A stretch of DNA of 58,946 bases. Source: an uncultured Bacillota bacterium (GTDB lineage Bacteria; Bacillota_I; Bacilli_A; RFN20; CAG-631). Shown here in pieces: positions 10,203-21,063 of this stretch. The notes beneath the pieces were generated by a model. The model searched no databases, was not told the origin of the DNA, and saw only the letters and a program-made list of their open reading frames with translations. Within the stretch, counting starts at the first letter, position 1; each line of letters begins with the position of its first letter. The position numbers and the translations under genes were made by a program. Location of the stretch: positions 1 through 58,946 of the forward strand of contig CAJJXN010000002.1 in NCBI GenBank assembly GCA_905197115.1, read 5' to 3'.

Positions 10203-10311
10203 CTTTCTTTTTCAAGTTTATATAATAGGATACCATAAAAGAACTATAGAGTCAATTATTTATTTTTATTTGTCTCTTATCAGAGCATTAAAAAAAGAGT
10301 TCAAAGACTCT

Positions 10312-11124
10312 TTATTTTTTTAAGATAATGGATTGCCAATAGGTACTACTTTGCGTAATATCATCATTTACTTTATTTTTTATTTTATTAATATGCTTAC
10401 TACCTCTTACGACAAGTTCATTTGAAACAACCACGCCTAAATCCTTGAATTCATCTCCAATGGATGAATAATCAAATGGGGCACAAGAAAAAATATCGGC
10501 ATAAATATTTTTCGTTTCATAATTGTAATGAAGAGCAATATGACTTTGCGCAATAATAATGATCGCAGATAAATATTTTGGATCTTTCGTTGTGCTTTTT
10601 AATACCGTTGCTCTTGTAATAGGATCCATATTGATTTTAGTCACTAAATTTTCTAAAAAATCAAAAAACATCTCCATTGTTGGCTCTTGTTTAGCTTGCA
10701 TATTTAATAAAATATGAGGTCCAAAATCGGTATCTGCATTATAATTAATCATATCAAAAGTGCAAATATCTCGATTGCGTACAGCAAAATAAGATGCCTT
10801 TGTATCAAATGGAAGTTCATCTAAAAAGAAATGATAAATGGCTTGTTCATCAAATTCTTTTTCAAAAAATACATCTACAAAATAACATGAACGCAATGGA
10901 AAAGTATGAATGGTGATATGACCACCTTCAAGCAACATCCTAGCTGTAACACCTACATCTTCTTTTACGCTTCCATAATAATAAGGTAATAATTGCGGTG
11001 GTTCAATAGGGCGCAATTGAAACTCATAAGCTAATTGATTTAATAATTCATTGATTAATTTAATGTCATCTAATTGACGAAAATTGGCTCCGTAACAATC
11101 TAACATAATGTGTTTCATCTTCAT
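10312..11124 (-). CDS. Tandem-fused S-adenosylmethionine-decarboxylase-like (pyruvoyl enzyme family) protein
   Basis: 270 aa with two AdoMetDC class-1-like halves. The N-half has LLEGGHITIHTFP (processing Ser replaced by Gly). The C-half has IIAQSHIALHYNYE (Ser-His retained). 6 nt downstream of the agmatinase gene. Confidence 0.7.
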   Translation of the reverse strand: MKMKHIMLDCYGANFRQLDDIKLINELLNQLAYEFQLRPIEPPQLLPYYYGSVKEDVGVTARMLLEGGHITIHTFPLRSCYFVDVFFEKEFDEQAIYHFFLDELPFDTKASYFAVRNRDICTFDMINYNADTDFGPHILLNMQAKQEPTMEMFFDFLENLVTKINMDPITRATVLKSTTKDPKYLSAIIIIAQSHIALHYNYETKNIYADIFSCAPFDYSSIGDEFKDLGVVVSNELVVRGSKHINKIKNKVNDDITQSSTYWQSIILKK

Positions 11125-11130
11125 TTCCTC

Positions 11131-12021
11131 CTACTTTCCTTGCTTTATAATCATTTTCTTAAATACTTCATATAACGTTTTTAAGGCTAACCATGAAGTA
11201 ATTGAATTACAATCTAATTTTGGCGATACTTCTACAATATCAAAAGCTTGAATTGGAAGTTTTTCAAATAAAGAAGTAATTAATTGCATTACCATATAAG
11301 AAGAAGGTCCAAACGCTTCTGGTGTTCCTGTACCGGGTGCAAAAGAGGGATCGTTAATATCAATATCATAAGACAAATAAATAGCATAACGATCATCATA
11401 TTTTTCAAGCAAATCTTTTAAGATGGGTTCAATTCCATTTTGAAGCATAAAAGATGCGGTATATACTTTTATTTCTGGGTGTTTTAGAAAATAATCAACT
11501 TCTTGTTGTTCAAACCCACGAATTCCGATTAGAGTAATATCTTTAGGATGATATCCTGCATCAATACTTCTTTTATTTGTACAAGCATGGGAGAATTTTG
11601 AACCATCATATTCTTCACAAATATCTGGATGAGCATCTAAATGGATAATTGCTGGGATTTTATTTTTTTCTTTACAATAAGTTAAAAAAGATGCCTGTAA
11701 TGGGATACTCACTGAATGATCGCCACCGATAAAAATATTAAATTTATTCGTTAAAAAACGTTGATAACTTTCTTTTTTTAAATAATCAAAATAGTGATCA
11801 CATTTGTTCAAATCCCCTGTATCATAAAGGCGAATTTGAGTCAAATCATCTCCATCCATAGATAAAGGTGGCAAATAAGAAGACAATTCACGAATCATTT
11901 TTGGTGCCAAACTAGCTCCACTTCCACAAGAACATCCTTCATCATACGGAATCCCTGTTAATAATACATTGCTTTCTTCTATATTTAATGTGGTTAATCC
12001 TCTAAAAGGCTTTTCTTCCAT
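11131..12021 (-). CDS. speB: Agmatinase / ureohydrolase family protein
   Basis: 296 aa. Arginase-family Mn-binding motifs GGDHSVS, HLDAHPD and SYDIDINDP..APGTGTPE. Confidence 0.8.
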   Translation of the reverse strand: MEEKPFRGLTTLNIEESNVLLTGIPYDEGCSCGSGASLAPKMIRELSSYLPPLSMDGDDLTQIRLYDTGDLNKCDHYFDYLKKESYQRFLTNKFNIFIGGDHSVSIPLQASFLTYCKEKNKIPAIIHLDAHPDICEEYDGSKFSHACTNKRSIDAGYHPKDITLIGIRGFEQQEVDYFLKHPEIKVYTASFMLQNGIEPILKDLLEKYDDRYAIYLSYDIDINDPSFAPGTGTPEAFGPSSYMVMQLITSLFEKLPIQAFDIVEVSPKLDCNSITSWLALKTLYEVFKKMIIKQGK

Positions 12022-12154
12022 ACTTCCTCACTATCCTTTTACACAATGTATAATAGTATATTTTTTTGATTTGTCAATTAAAATTTATGGATCAAACCAT
12101 TTTTTGGCAATAAAAAAGAACATTCTTTTAAAGAATGTCCTTTACATTTTCTTT

Positions 12155-12646
12155 TTATTTTTCTTTAATAAGTAATCCATTACCTACTAAGCCTAAAACA
12201 CCACATGCTAAAGTTACAATTATTGATAAACCTAATGCGCTGAAATCTTTAACAATTTTATTCCATTCATTCACATACATAATATTTCCTACTAATGAAA
12301 CAGCTGCAACGACAACTAAAAGGAAAGTTAATAGCATACCTAATGATTTAGCAGACATTTTTAATTTTAAAATTTTAAAATGTTTCAATAAGCCAATTAA
12401 TACAACAAGCAATAATAAAGAAGCTAAAACAATTAAGGCAATTTGTGTAAAGCGCATCATATTGTAAGAAGTCAATAGTTCTTCTGACATTTTTTCGGGT
12501 GCCTTTAAAAACTCAGACATTTGTGTTGTTTTTGTGGTTGTTTGATTTAGTATAGTGAATTTGAAACTTACTGCTGGTAAAGTAAGCGCAATCAAAGCAC
12601 CAATTCCTGCTAAAGCTTCAAGTAACCAACCAATTAATTTTTTCAT
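12155..12646 (-). CDS. Membrane protein (4 TM)
   Basis: 163 aa hydrophobic ORF with a GGAGG RBS. Terminator-like hairpin downstream near 12115-12150. Confidence 0.65.
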   Translation of the reverse strand: MKKLIGWLLEALAGIGALIALTLPAVSFKFTILNQTTTKTTQMSEFLKAPEKMSEELLTSYNMMRFTQIALIVLASLLLLVVLIGLLKHFKILKLKMSAKSLGMLLTFLLVVVAAVSLVGNIMYVNEWNKIVKDFSALGLSIIVTLACGVLGLVGNGLLIKEK

Positions 12647-12795
12647 ATTTTTTTCCTCCTATGCAAATTAAAAAAATCTAATTTAATTATATCTACATTG
12701 ATTAGTATTATCAATATTTTATGAATCAAACGCTTAATTTGTATAAATAATTCCACAAAAAAAGCAAAAAATGTTGAATAACAACATTTTAAGCT

Positions 12796-14046
12796 TTATA
12801 AACTATCATACTTTTCTCTTGCTAAAACTAAAGTTTCATAATTATAAACATACGTTTTTTCTTCTAAAGTTAAAGTAGCATATAACTCTTCTGCTTTTTC
12901 AATAGCAGGCAATGAACTTGCAGTTATTTTTGACCCAATACTCGCGATTGCTTTAATTGTTGGATAACTTTTTATATAATCGATATAAGAAAAAATTTGA
13001 CTATTTTCGAAACACTCCACTTCCATTTGACTTGAATCTTTTTTCATTTTAAATTGAAGATGTCCATTATAATAAGAAGTATAAAAAGTTGTTGTATATT
13101 GAGTTAATCTTTCAATAGCTGCCACATGTGGAAAATTATAAGTAGATTCTTTTGTAGAATCAGCCGTAAACACAGCAATATCTGGTTGAATGATTTTCAA
13201 AAGATTTTCATTGCTTGCCGTTTCCGAACCATGGTGTCCTGCTTTAAAAACACTTACTTTTTCAAGTTGATTCAATTCAATTAAAGAATCTTCTCCCTCT
13301 TTTTCTAAATCTCCTGTAAAAAGATAACTCCAATTTTGATACTTTAAGAAAGTGCAAATGGAATAGTTATTTAAATTTTGTGTATATTTTTCATAAGGAA
13401 TATCATAAAATTTATTTTTTAAAAATTGAAATGTAAAATCTGGAGCGATACTCCATTTTTCCATTTTTAAATCAAAAATATCTCGAATCGTATAATATTT
13501 TGTTCCCTCTTGAATTTTAGCATCTCTTAATTCGTTATATTGAGATTGCAATTGAGTTATAGCATTTTTATTCGTTAAATTATCATATCCAGCACCTAAG
13601 TCAACAATCGTTTTAAAGGAAAAATCTTTTAATACTCCGGGTTGATTGGATAATCCAACAAATCCTGCAATATGATCTTCATGACCATGTGTCGCTATCA
13701 TCAACTCAATGGTATTATCTTCTACATATCGTTTTAAATAAGGAACGATGATTTCACTTCCTGCACGTTTATTTCCACCTGCGTCAATTAAAATTTCATA
13801 ATTACCATAATCAATTAAAATGCAATCCCCTGAGGCATTTAAATCCAAATAATGAATCGTTAATTCTTCTTCTATACCATAAATATATTCATTTAAAACG
13901 GAAGAAGAAAGAGATGAACTATTGCTAATAGATGAACTTATTTGATTTGACGAAGAAATACTCTCCTCAGATTTTTTTATTAAGTCGCATGAAGAAATTA
14001 ATAAACTTAAAAAAGGAATTCCAAAACTCAACCATTTTTTCTTCAT
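12796..14046 (-). CDS. Lipoprotein with metallo-beta-lactamase fold (ComEC-C-terminal-like hydrolase)
   Basis: Lipobox LLISSC, Ser-rich linker, MBL motif ATHGHEDHIAGF and a later GHHGS. Confidence 0.75.
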   Translation of the reverse strand: MKKKWLSFGIPFLSLLISSCDLIKKSEESISSSNQISSSISNSSSLSSSVLNEYIYGIEEELTIHYLDLNASGDCILIDYGNYEILIDAGGNKRAGSEIIVPYLKRYVEDNTIELMIATHGHEDHIAGFVGLSNQPGVLKDFSFKTIVDLGAGYDNLTNKNAITQLQSQYNELRDAKIQEGTKYYTIRDIFDLKMEKWSIAPDFTFQFLKNKFYDIPYEKYTQNLNNYSICTFLKYQNWSYLFTGDLEKEGEDSLIELNQLEKVSVFKAGHHGSETASNENLLKIIQPDIAVFTADSTKESTYNFPHVAAIERLTQYTTTFYTSYYNGHLQFKMKKDSSQMEVECFENSQIFSYIDYIKSYPTIKAIASIGSKITASSLPAIEKAEELYATLTLEEKTYVYNYETLVLAREKYDSL

Positions 14047-14137
14047 TTTTATCCACTCCTACATCCATTATAGTATACAAGACTTTCCGTCATTGTTCAA
14101 TTTTGAATATAAAAAAAGATGATTCTATCATCTCATT

Positions 14138-14545
14138 TTATAAAGCTTTGCTTTTTGAAATTTTTTTACATTTAATTTCTTTTCTTGATAAAGCTGTAAG
14201 CATAATTTCAGCACTGGCAATATTCGTTGCAAGTGGTGTATTCGTCACATCGCATAAACGAAGCAAAGCACTTACATCGGGTTCATGTGGCTGACTTGTC
14301 AAAGGATCTCTTAAAAAAATAACTAAATCTAATTGACTATCAGCAATCATAGAACCAATTTGTTGATCTCCACCAAGTGGACCACTTTTTAAACAAGTAA
14401 TCGATAACCCTGTGTGTTTAATCACAAGTGTCCCTGTTGTTCCCGTCGCATAAATTTCATGATGTTTCAATGTATTTTTATATATATTTGCAATATGAAT
14501 CATATCTTCTTTTTTCTTATCATGGGCAATTAAAGCAATTTTCAT
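14138..14545 (-). CDS. mgsA: Methylglyoxal synthase
   Basis: 135 aa. [10 protein letters not shown] ... ATGTTG ... [10 protein letters not shown] ... FLRDPL..QPHEPD motifs. Confidence 0.9.
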   Translation of the reverse strand: MKIALIAHDKKKEDMIHIANIYKNTLKHHEIYATGTTGTLVIKHTGLSITCLKSGPLGGDQQIGSMIADSQLDLVIFLRDPLTSQPHEPDVSALLRLCDVTNTPLATNIASAEIMLTALSRKEIKCKKISKSKAL

Positions 14546-14627
14546 AATCTCATCTCTCTTTCTATTTTCATTTTATCATTATATGCAAGTAATTGCAAAA
14601 AAAGCGATACTTTTGTACCGCTTTTTT

Positions 14628-17600
14628 TTACTTTTGATTAAAAGTCCAAGTGAATGGCTCGTAATCTTGTTCACCTTTTACAATCATTTGATTGGAACTA
14701 TTGATTGTAGCCGTTTGGAAATCAAAATAACCTTTGTTATCACTTTGTGTTTTAAAGATTAATTTATTAGAAGAATCAATTTCATAAGTGAAAGTGATTG
14801 TTATTGAACCATTTGAGAATGTTCCATTTCCTTTACCATCAATGGTTATTTCAATTGAAGAAGCAATTGTACTTACCCATTCTCCTGCAAAAATATCCCC
14901 TTGTGGAATATCAGGAATTTCTGGTGTATAACCATCCTTAAGGAAATGATATGTATTTCCTGCAATTGTTCCTTTAAATTCATTATTTTCATTTGAAGCA
15001 GCTAAACTATAAACCGAACCAAAATGAACACTTAATGTAGTTCCATTAAAAGAACATTTGCCTTCTTTCACTTTTTTCCAATCATTGCCATCTTTTGTAG
15101 TTTCAAATAACATCGCAAATCCATAACCTGTAACTTCTAACTTATAATCTTTTGTTTCAGAAGTAGTTTTATCAAAGTATGTACCATGTAAAGCTTCTTG
15201 AGAAGTAAGTGTATATGTTTTTTGAGCATAATCTAATGTGACACCAAAATAACTTCCATCATTTAAAATGATTAATACTTTTTCATCATCAATTAAATAA
15301 GTAACTTCTTCTTCATTAAATTTTACTCCACCAACGCCATCAAACTCAATGGTGTCGTTACCGTTTTTAAAGCTTCCATATTCCGCACCTAAAGCCACTA
15401 CTGTGTTTTCTTCGATTCGATAAGTTTGCACTTGATTACCCACGGTTAAATAAATAATTTCACCATTTGCAAGTGTTCCATCTAAAGTAAATGTTTTTAA
15501 AGCATTATTTTGAACTAAATATGTTTTTTCTTCAAAAACGAACAAAGCAGTATTTGAATCAGCAGTCATGTAACTTGTTTTAAATTCACTTCTCGCAAAT
15601 ACAACTTTTTTACCTTTAAATGAACCAAAGAATACATCTTGTGTCTTATCATATTTTACAGTTCCTGAATTACCACTAAAAGATAGTTTAAAGGTTACAC
15701 CATCATTTTCTCTAATAAATCCACCAGGAACGGTATACGATAAATTGTTAAATTCTCCTCGACCATCATTAAATAAATCAATCCAACCCAAGTGAGAATA
15801 ATATTTTCCTAAAAAAGGTTCTCCTGTATAATCAGGAATTAAAGGTTTTAAAGTATAAACCATATCATAAACATCTTCACCAAAGCCATCATCAAAATGA
15901 ACTTTAATCGTTCCATCTTCTTGAATGGTTCCTGTTAATGTATAAGCAAAACTGGATTTAAAAGTAAAAGTAATATTTTTATCTACGACTTTATAAGAGA
16001 AATTGTATTGAACTCCATTGTCATAATAGCCATTACCTTTCCCATCAAAATGAAGAATATTTTTATTTACATCTACCCAATCACCATACATATCGTCTAC
16101 TTTTGTAAATGTATAGGTATAGTAATCTGCATTAGCATCTTCAAATTGAATCGTTCCATTTGCAAAAGTACCAAGTGTTAAAGGATACATTTCGGTTTCA
16201 AATACAAACCATTTTCCATCGATAAATTCATATGTTCCTAAAGAATAATCACCATCATAGTGAATCCATATTAAGGTTCCATCATTGTTAACAACTAATG
16301 TTCCATTTAATTCTTGAGCACCACGATATACACCCGCCACCACATTGTAATCTCTCCATCTTGCATAAAGCGTAATATCATTTGTGATTGGTAAATATGG
16401 ACGATATGATTTTGTACATTCTGCGTCATAATACCAATTATCAAATATAAGAGTTGGATGTTCTGGAGTCACATTTAAAATTGGCATTGGATCGTAATCC
16501 CCATTTTCAACTTCTACTTGTGAAGTCACTGCTCCCGCATAATTTGGGTTTAAAGTTACTTTTGCTTTTGCTTTTTCAACTTTTTCAATTTCATGAAATG
16601 GTTTCAATGTTGGATATTGTCCATCTACAATATCCCAAACATCATTAGACCATTTTAAGTTTTCATTGATCCATGAAGCCACTTTGAAATTTTCAACATT
16701 TGTTTCTAAGTTTAAATCTGAAATGTTATCTCCTTCTAACAAACCATTTTGTTGAGCATAGCTATTTAAAACTAAAGTCCCATCCGATAAAGTGCCTTCT
16801 TCTAAGCCACCCTTTGGTCCATAGCCTACCACACCACCAGCATAGCTTTTATAATAAGATACTTCAGAAGGTAAAACTTTTACACTATTGACTGCGAAAC
16901 TATTTTCAATTGCTGTATCGTAATGACCTCTACCGATTAAACCACCAGCAATTGCGCCTTGAGGGCTTGTTAATTCAATTTCACCTGTTGCATAAGTATT
17001 ATACACAGATACCCATGGAGTTAAATGTCCAATTGCACCTCCGGCAAAAGAGCCAGCTTTAATATCACCTAAGGCATAAGAGTCATGAACATTAATAATG
17101 CCACTATAATTGCTTGTTGTACAATAACCAAATAAACCACCAGCAACAGTTGTCGGAGCAACTGCTAAAATATCTACATCCGACATACAATAGCCTGTAT
17201 CTATGTAAAAATTGTTGCTTGTTGCACTATAACCAGCAATTCCACCTAAATAAGCAGTATCATACACACGACTTCCATCTTGAACAATTCCTGCATCGAT
17301 ATAAGTAATTTTTCCTTTTACTTCAATTCCTTCAAAAACAGAAATCATGGAGACGCCTGCCACTCCTCCAATTGCTGGATAAGAAGCTAAATCTAAAGGA
17401 TTATTCACTTCTATATTTAAATTATCCATTTTAAAATTGTAAGCATAACCACTAAATACACCAAACAATCCCAAATTTGGGTTGTCATTTGTTAAAGAAG
17501 TGATTTTTAAATTTGAAATGGTGTGCCCATTTCCATTAAAATTCGCTTTAAAAGGTTTTTCTAAAGAATTGCCAATCGGTGTCCATTCTTCATTTTTCAA

Positions 17601-17846
17601 ATCAATATCATTACCTAATTTGTAATAATCTGTTTTTGTACCAGTATAACTACTTGAATTTACTTCAGTTGCCAAATCTCTTAAATGTTTAGCAGTATAT
17701 AGTACATATGGGTCATCTTTAGTGCCAGAACCTGTCACTTCCATAGGAACAGGTTTAGTAGATGATTTTTTAGAATCATCTTTATTACATCCTGTTACTA
17801 CTAAAGAAAGACCTAATAAAGTATACATTAAATTTTTTACTTTCAT
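14628..17846 (-). CDS. Large surface lipoprotein with GLUG-type repeats and a Listeria/Bacteroides-type repeat
   Basis: 1072 aa. Lipobox LVVTGC. Repeated GG(L/I/V)(F/A)G segments (GLFG, GGVAG, GGIAG, GGLFG, GGLIG). The segment FDNWYYDAECTKSY...ITLYARW is typical of the Flg_new/InlB-B-like repeat. Confidence 0.8.
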   Translation of the reverse strand: MKVKNLMYTLLGLSLVVTGCNKDDSKKSSTKPVPMEVTGSGTKDDPYVLYTAKHLRDLATEVNSSSYTGTKTDYYKLGNDIDLKNEEWTPIGNSLEKPFKANFNGNGHTISNLKITSLTNDNPNLGLFGVFSGYAYNFKMDNLNIEVNNPLDLASYPAIGGVAGVSMISVFEGIEVKGKITYIDAGIVQDGSRVYDTAYLGGIAGYSATSNNFYIDTGYCMSDVDILAVAPTTVAGGLFGYCTTSNYSGIINVHDSYALGDIKAGSFAGGAIGHLTPWVSVYNTYATGEIELTSPQGAIAGGLIGRGHYDTAIENSFAVNSVKVLPSEVSYYKSYAGGVVGYGPKGGLEEGTLSDGTLVLNSYAQQNGLLEGDNISDLNLETNVENFKVASWINENLKWSNDVWDIVDGQYPTLKPFHEIEKVEKAKAKVTLNPNYAGAVTSQVEVENGDYDPMPILNVTPEHPTLIFDNWYYDAECTKSYRPYLPITNDITLYARWRDYNVVAGVYRGAQELNGTLVVNNDGTLIWIHYDGDYSLGTYEFIDGKWFVFETEMYPLTLGTFANGTIQFEDANADYYTYTFTKVDDMYGDWVDVNKNILHFDGKGNGYYDNGVQYNFSYKVVDKNITFTFKSSFAYTLTGTIQEDGTIKVHFDDGFGEDVYDMVYTLKPLIPDYTGEPFLGKYYSHLGWIDLFNDGRGEFNNLSYTVPGGFIRENDGVTFKLSFSGNSGTVKYDKTQDVFFGSFKGKKVVFARSEFKTSYMTADSNTALFVFEEKTYLVQNNALKTFTLDGTLANGEIIYLTVGNQVQTYRIEENTVVALGAEYGSFKNGNDTIEFDGVGGVKFNEEEVTYLIDDEKVLIILNDGSYFGVTLDYAQKTYTLTSQEALHGTYFDKTTSETKDYKLEVTGYGFAMLFETTKDGNDWKKVKEGKCSFNGTTLSVHFGSVYSLAASNENNEFKGTIAGNTYHFLKDGYTPEIPDIPQGDIFAGEWVSTIASSIEITIDGKGNGTFSNGSITITFTYEIDSSNKLIFKTQSDNKGYFDFQTATINSSNQMIVKGEQDYEPFTWTFNQK

Positions 17847-17965
17847 ATTTTCTCCTCCTTAATATTTTGATTATTTTAACATTTTTCACTTGACATTGCA
17901 ATGGAAATTTCTTATTTCATACAAATGGATGCATAAAAAAAGTGGTTTTCCACCACTTCTTATTT

Positions 17966-18775
17966 TTATATTGCATATAACCATTCTTTTTGTCGAACAT
18001 AATAACAAAGATGCGTAAAACCGACTTCTTTTATTATTTTTAAGTACTTATCAAATTGATAACGATAATGTGTTACTTCATGTGCATCACTTGAAAGCGT
18101 AAGTTTTCTTCCACCCATTTGATAATAAAGTTTTAAAAGATAAGTCGTATGTTCAAGAGGTAAAAAGCTTTGAACTTTTGTATTCAACTCTAACGCTTTT
18201 CTCTTTTTTATTAAAAGTTTAAAAATTTCGATTAATTTCGGTTCAAAATCCGCTATTTTTAAATTCGAATCAATTAAATAAGCGGTCTTAAATCCATAAT
18301 CAACATGAGATAGTACTTGAAAATGATCCCATTCATTTAACGCCTCAATAATCAAATTAAAGTATAAATCTAACGTTTCAACAATCCCATATTTTTTAAA
18401 ATAATATCCCTTATAAAAATCAATGTGAGGTGCATTGTGAATAGATAAATTAATTAAATCAAAGGGATAACGCTCACAAATTGACTTCATTTGTATTAAA
18501 TGGGTACGCATATATCCCAGTTCAATACCTTTTAAAATTTGAATTTGCGGATACATTTTTTGCATTTGATTCATTTCTTTAAAATAAGCGTCAAAATCCA
18601 CAAGCCAATCTTCCCCTAAAGGAAAACCAATATCGACATGATCCGTTGTTACAAAATAAGCACATTTTGCTAAAATTGCTTGTTCAATATAAGGTCTTAA
18701 AGGTTGATTAGAATCTTGGGAATAAAGACAATGAACATGTTGATCGTGTAAAACCATTTTTATCATTTCATTCAC
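17966..18775 (-). CDS. PHP-domain phosphoesterase (HisJ-family histidinol-phosphatase-like)
   Basis: 269 aa. N-terminal HDQHVHCLYSQDS, internal TDHVD and C-terminal LSSDAH metal-ligand motifs of the PHP family. Confidence 0.7.
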   Translation of the reverse strand: MNEMIKMVLHDQHVHCLYSQDSNQPLRPYIEQAILAKCAYFVTTDHVDIGFPLGEDWLVDFDAYFKEMNQMQKMYPQIQILKGIELGYMRTHLIQMKSICERYPFDLINLSIHNAPHIDFYKGYYFKKYGIVETLDLYFNLIIEALNEWDHFQVLSHVDYGFKTAYLIDSNLKIADFEPKLIEIFKLLIKKRKALELNTKVQSFLPLEHTTYLLKLYYQMGGRKLTLSSDAHEVTHYRYQFDKYLKIIKEVGFTHLCYYVRQKEWLYAI

Positions 18776-20315
18776 TTGTCCTTTTTAAAATCGCTTGTCC
18801 ATAATTTGTATCATACATGTATAATTGATCACGATTTTCAATATAAATAAACCAATATTCATGACCTTCAGGAGTATAACCACCAATACCATAATTAATC
18901 CCAATTTTTTCATAATAAATTCGAGATAATTGAATGTTATTTAAAACAATATTTTTTTCACTCACGGTTAAAGCAACGTGCATAGAAGGTCCACCAATCG
19001 TATTAAAAGTTCCTTCCCAGTTTCCTATGAAAGCCTTAGGAATGATGACAGGTTCTTGAATCGCCATATTTGTTAAATTAATATTTGAAGGAATCATTGT
19101 AGTTCCAATCATTGAAAAAATAAAACGAATTGAACCGCCTAAAACCATTAAACTATAATCATAATAAATTTCTTTAATTTGATTATTTTCTAAAGTAATC
19201 GTTAAATTATAAATTCCGTTGGCAGAATATTCTTCTAACAAATCAATGGCAAAGAAAGTTCCCATTTGAGCGGGTAGTTGAGCTTCAAATACGTTGTTTT
19301 CTTTTTCTTGAAATAATTCAATTGCAAAGTCATCAAATTGAAAACTTGTATCCATAATACTTTTAGCGTATCCGATATTATCATCATCTCTTTTTAAGAT
19401 TCCTTCATCTTTTTCATTTTCTTTATAAGTTTGATAAAAATATACTTTATCATTTAATAAAAGACTTCCATGGGGATTATCTTGATCATCACTATAAGAA
19501 GCATCTTTTGTAAAATAGTATTTACTTTTAAATAAATTATCGTTGACATTTTTTTCTACATCTACCGTGAAATTCCCATTAGATAATTCATCCAACGCTT
19601 GTTTTAAAGTTGTATGTTTAGCTGTTTTTACACAAGGTGTGGCAACAAAACCTGGCTTAGCCGTTCCATGATTGTATATATAAAATTCATATTCATAAGT
19701 ATACATGATCGTCATTTTATCTTGAATTTGCTCTGCTTCTACTGTATTAAATTGAATGCGATTAATAATACTGTTAGAAAGAAAAACTTCAAATCGATCG
19801 ACTAAAAGAGATTGTCCCGTAAGTACTTTTACAACTTTTTCAGCCTGACTATTTTTTAAAGTATAAGTTGTTGCTTTTTGTTGAATAAAATCAGAAGATG
19901 TTAATTGTTTAAAAGGATTTATGACATCTTCTAAAGTATAATCTTCTCCTGTATAAGGATTAAAAATATTTGTGGAATATACTACTTCATTTTGCAAATT
20001 AAGGGATGGAGTTAGTATTTTCCCATCTTTAATTTGTACTTTGACTTCAATATCTTCTTGATTAGGCAAATCATATTCGTAACTATAAAAAGTTTCATCC
20101 GTGAATGTAACATCATAACCTGAAGTTTGATCATTTTTATTCGTTGGATTGTTTTTATCATACATATGCAATTGGTAAGTTCCTTCTAGACATATGCTCG
20201 TTTGTAAAGATTGTAATCCTTTATCTATACTTTCAACTTCTTCCTTGTTTTGACGATTCGAACAGCCACATAAAATTAAAGCAAACACTAAAGTTGAAAT
20301 CATTTTTTTCTTCAT
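18768..20315 (-). CDS. Predicted lipoprotein
   Basis: 515 aa. Lipobox LILCGC. Overlaps the downstream PHP gene by 8 nt. Confidence 0.75.
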   Translation of the reverse strand: MKKKMISTLVFALILCGCSNRQNKEEVESIDKGLQSLQTSICLEGTYQLHMYDKNNPTNKNDQTSGYDVTFTDETFYSYEYDLPNQEDIEVKVQIKDGKILTPSLNLQNEVVYSTNIFNPYTGEDYTLEDVINPFKQLTSSDFIQQKATTYTLKNSQAEKVVKVLTGQSLLVDRFEVFLSNSIINRIQFNTVEAEQIQDKMTIMYTYEYEFYIYNHGTAKPGFVATPCVKTAKHTTLKQALDELSNGNFTVDVEKNVNDNLFKSKYYFTKDASYSDDQDNPHGSLLLNDKVYFYQTYKENEKDEGILKRDDDNIGYAKSIMDTSFQFDDFAIELFQEKENNVFEAQLPAQMGTFFAIDLLEEYSANGIYNLTITLENNQIKEIYYDYSLMVLGGSIRFIFSMIGTTMIPSNINLTNMAIQEPVIIPKAFIGNWEGTFNTIGGPSMHVALTVSEKNIVLNNIQLSRIYYEKIGINYGIGGYTPEGHEYWFIYIENRDQLYMYDTNYGQAILKRTSE

Positions 20316-20382
20316 GTAAATAACCTCCTTAATAGTTTAAGTATAAAGGCTATGTAAGAATTTATCAATAAAAACAACGTTT

Positions 20383-20931
20383 TTATTCTTTTGAAACGTT
20401 GCTTTTTAATCTTATAAATAAATAGGCTAATCCTAAGCCAAGAATCGCACCTAAGGTATTTAAGATGATATCATCAATATCTGCAATTCGCATTAAAGGA
20501 ATTTGTATTAACTCAATACTTAAAGAAAAAAGCATTGATAAAATAAGAATGTAGATTCCTTTTAATTTAAAAGTTAATTTAAAAAAGAAAGCAAAAGGAA
20601 GAAAAAGTAGCAAATTACCGAATAAATTTGAATACACATAATTCAAGTAAATTCCTTGTTTTAACAATTTAAGTAATCCTTTAATTGTATGAAAGGGAAA
20701 GATATTGTTATGGCTACTTTCTTTAATATAAGAAACATACATTTTTTGATCAATCATTAAAAAAGTTGGAAACACAGTTATCCATAAAATTACATAAATC
20801 GATGACACAAATAAAAATAAACTCAGTTCATGAAGCCAATTATCTTTAATTTTTTTATATCGAACTAAAACAAAAATAGGCAAAATAAGGAAAAGAAAGC
20901 TACCTATATAGATGAGTATTTGTAATTTCAT
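20383..20931 (-). CDS. VanZ-family membrane protein
   Basis: 182 aa, 4-5 TM, C-terminal ELIQ....ADIDDIILNTLGAILG motif typical of VanZ-like proteins. Confidence 0.7.
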   Translation of the reverse strand: MKLQILIYIGSFLFLILPIFVLVRYKKIKDNWLHELSLFLFVSSIYVILWITVFPTFLMIDQKMYVSYIKESSHNNIFPFHTIKGLLKLLKQGIYLNYVYSNLFGNLLLFLPFAFFFKLTFKLKGIYILILSMLFSLSIELIQIPLMRIADIDDIILNTLGAILGLGLAYLFIRLKSNVSKE

Positions 20932-21063
20932 AATAACACCCTTATGGATAGTTTATGTTTCTTTTTTATTTATATTCAAAACATTTGAAAGTATTGGAAG
21001 TATGAATAATCCAATTTGAATAAAAATACGTATTGAAGTCAAGAACTTCAAAGGAGGAAAATC

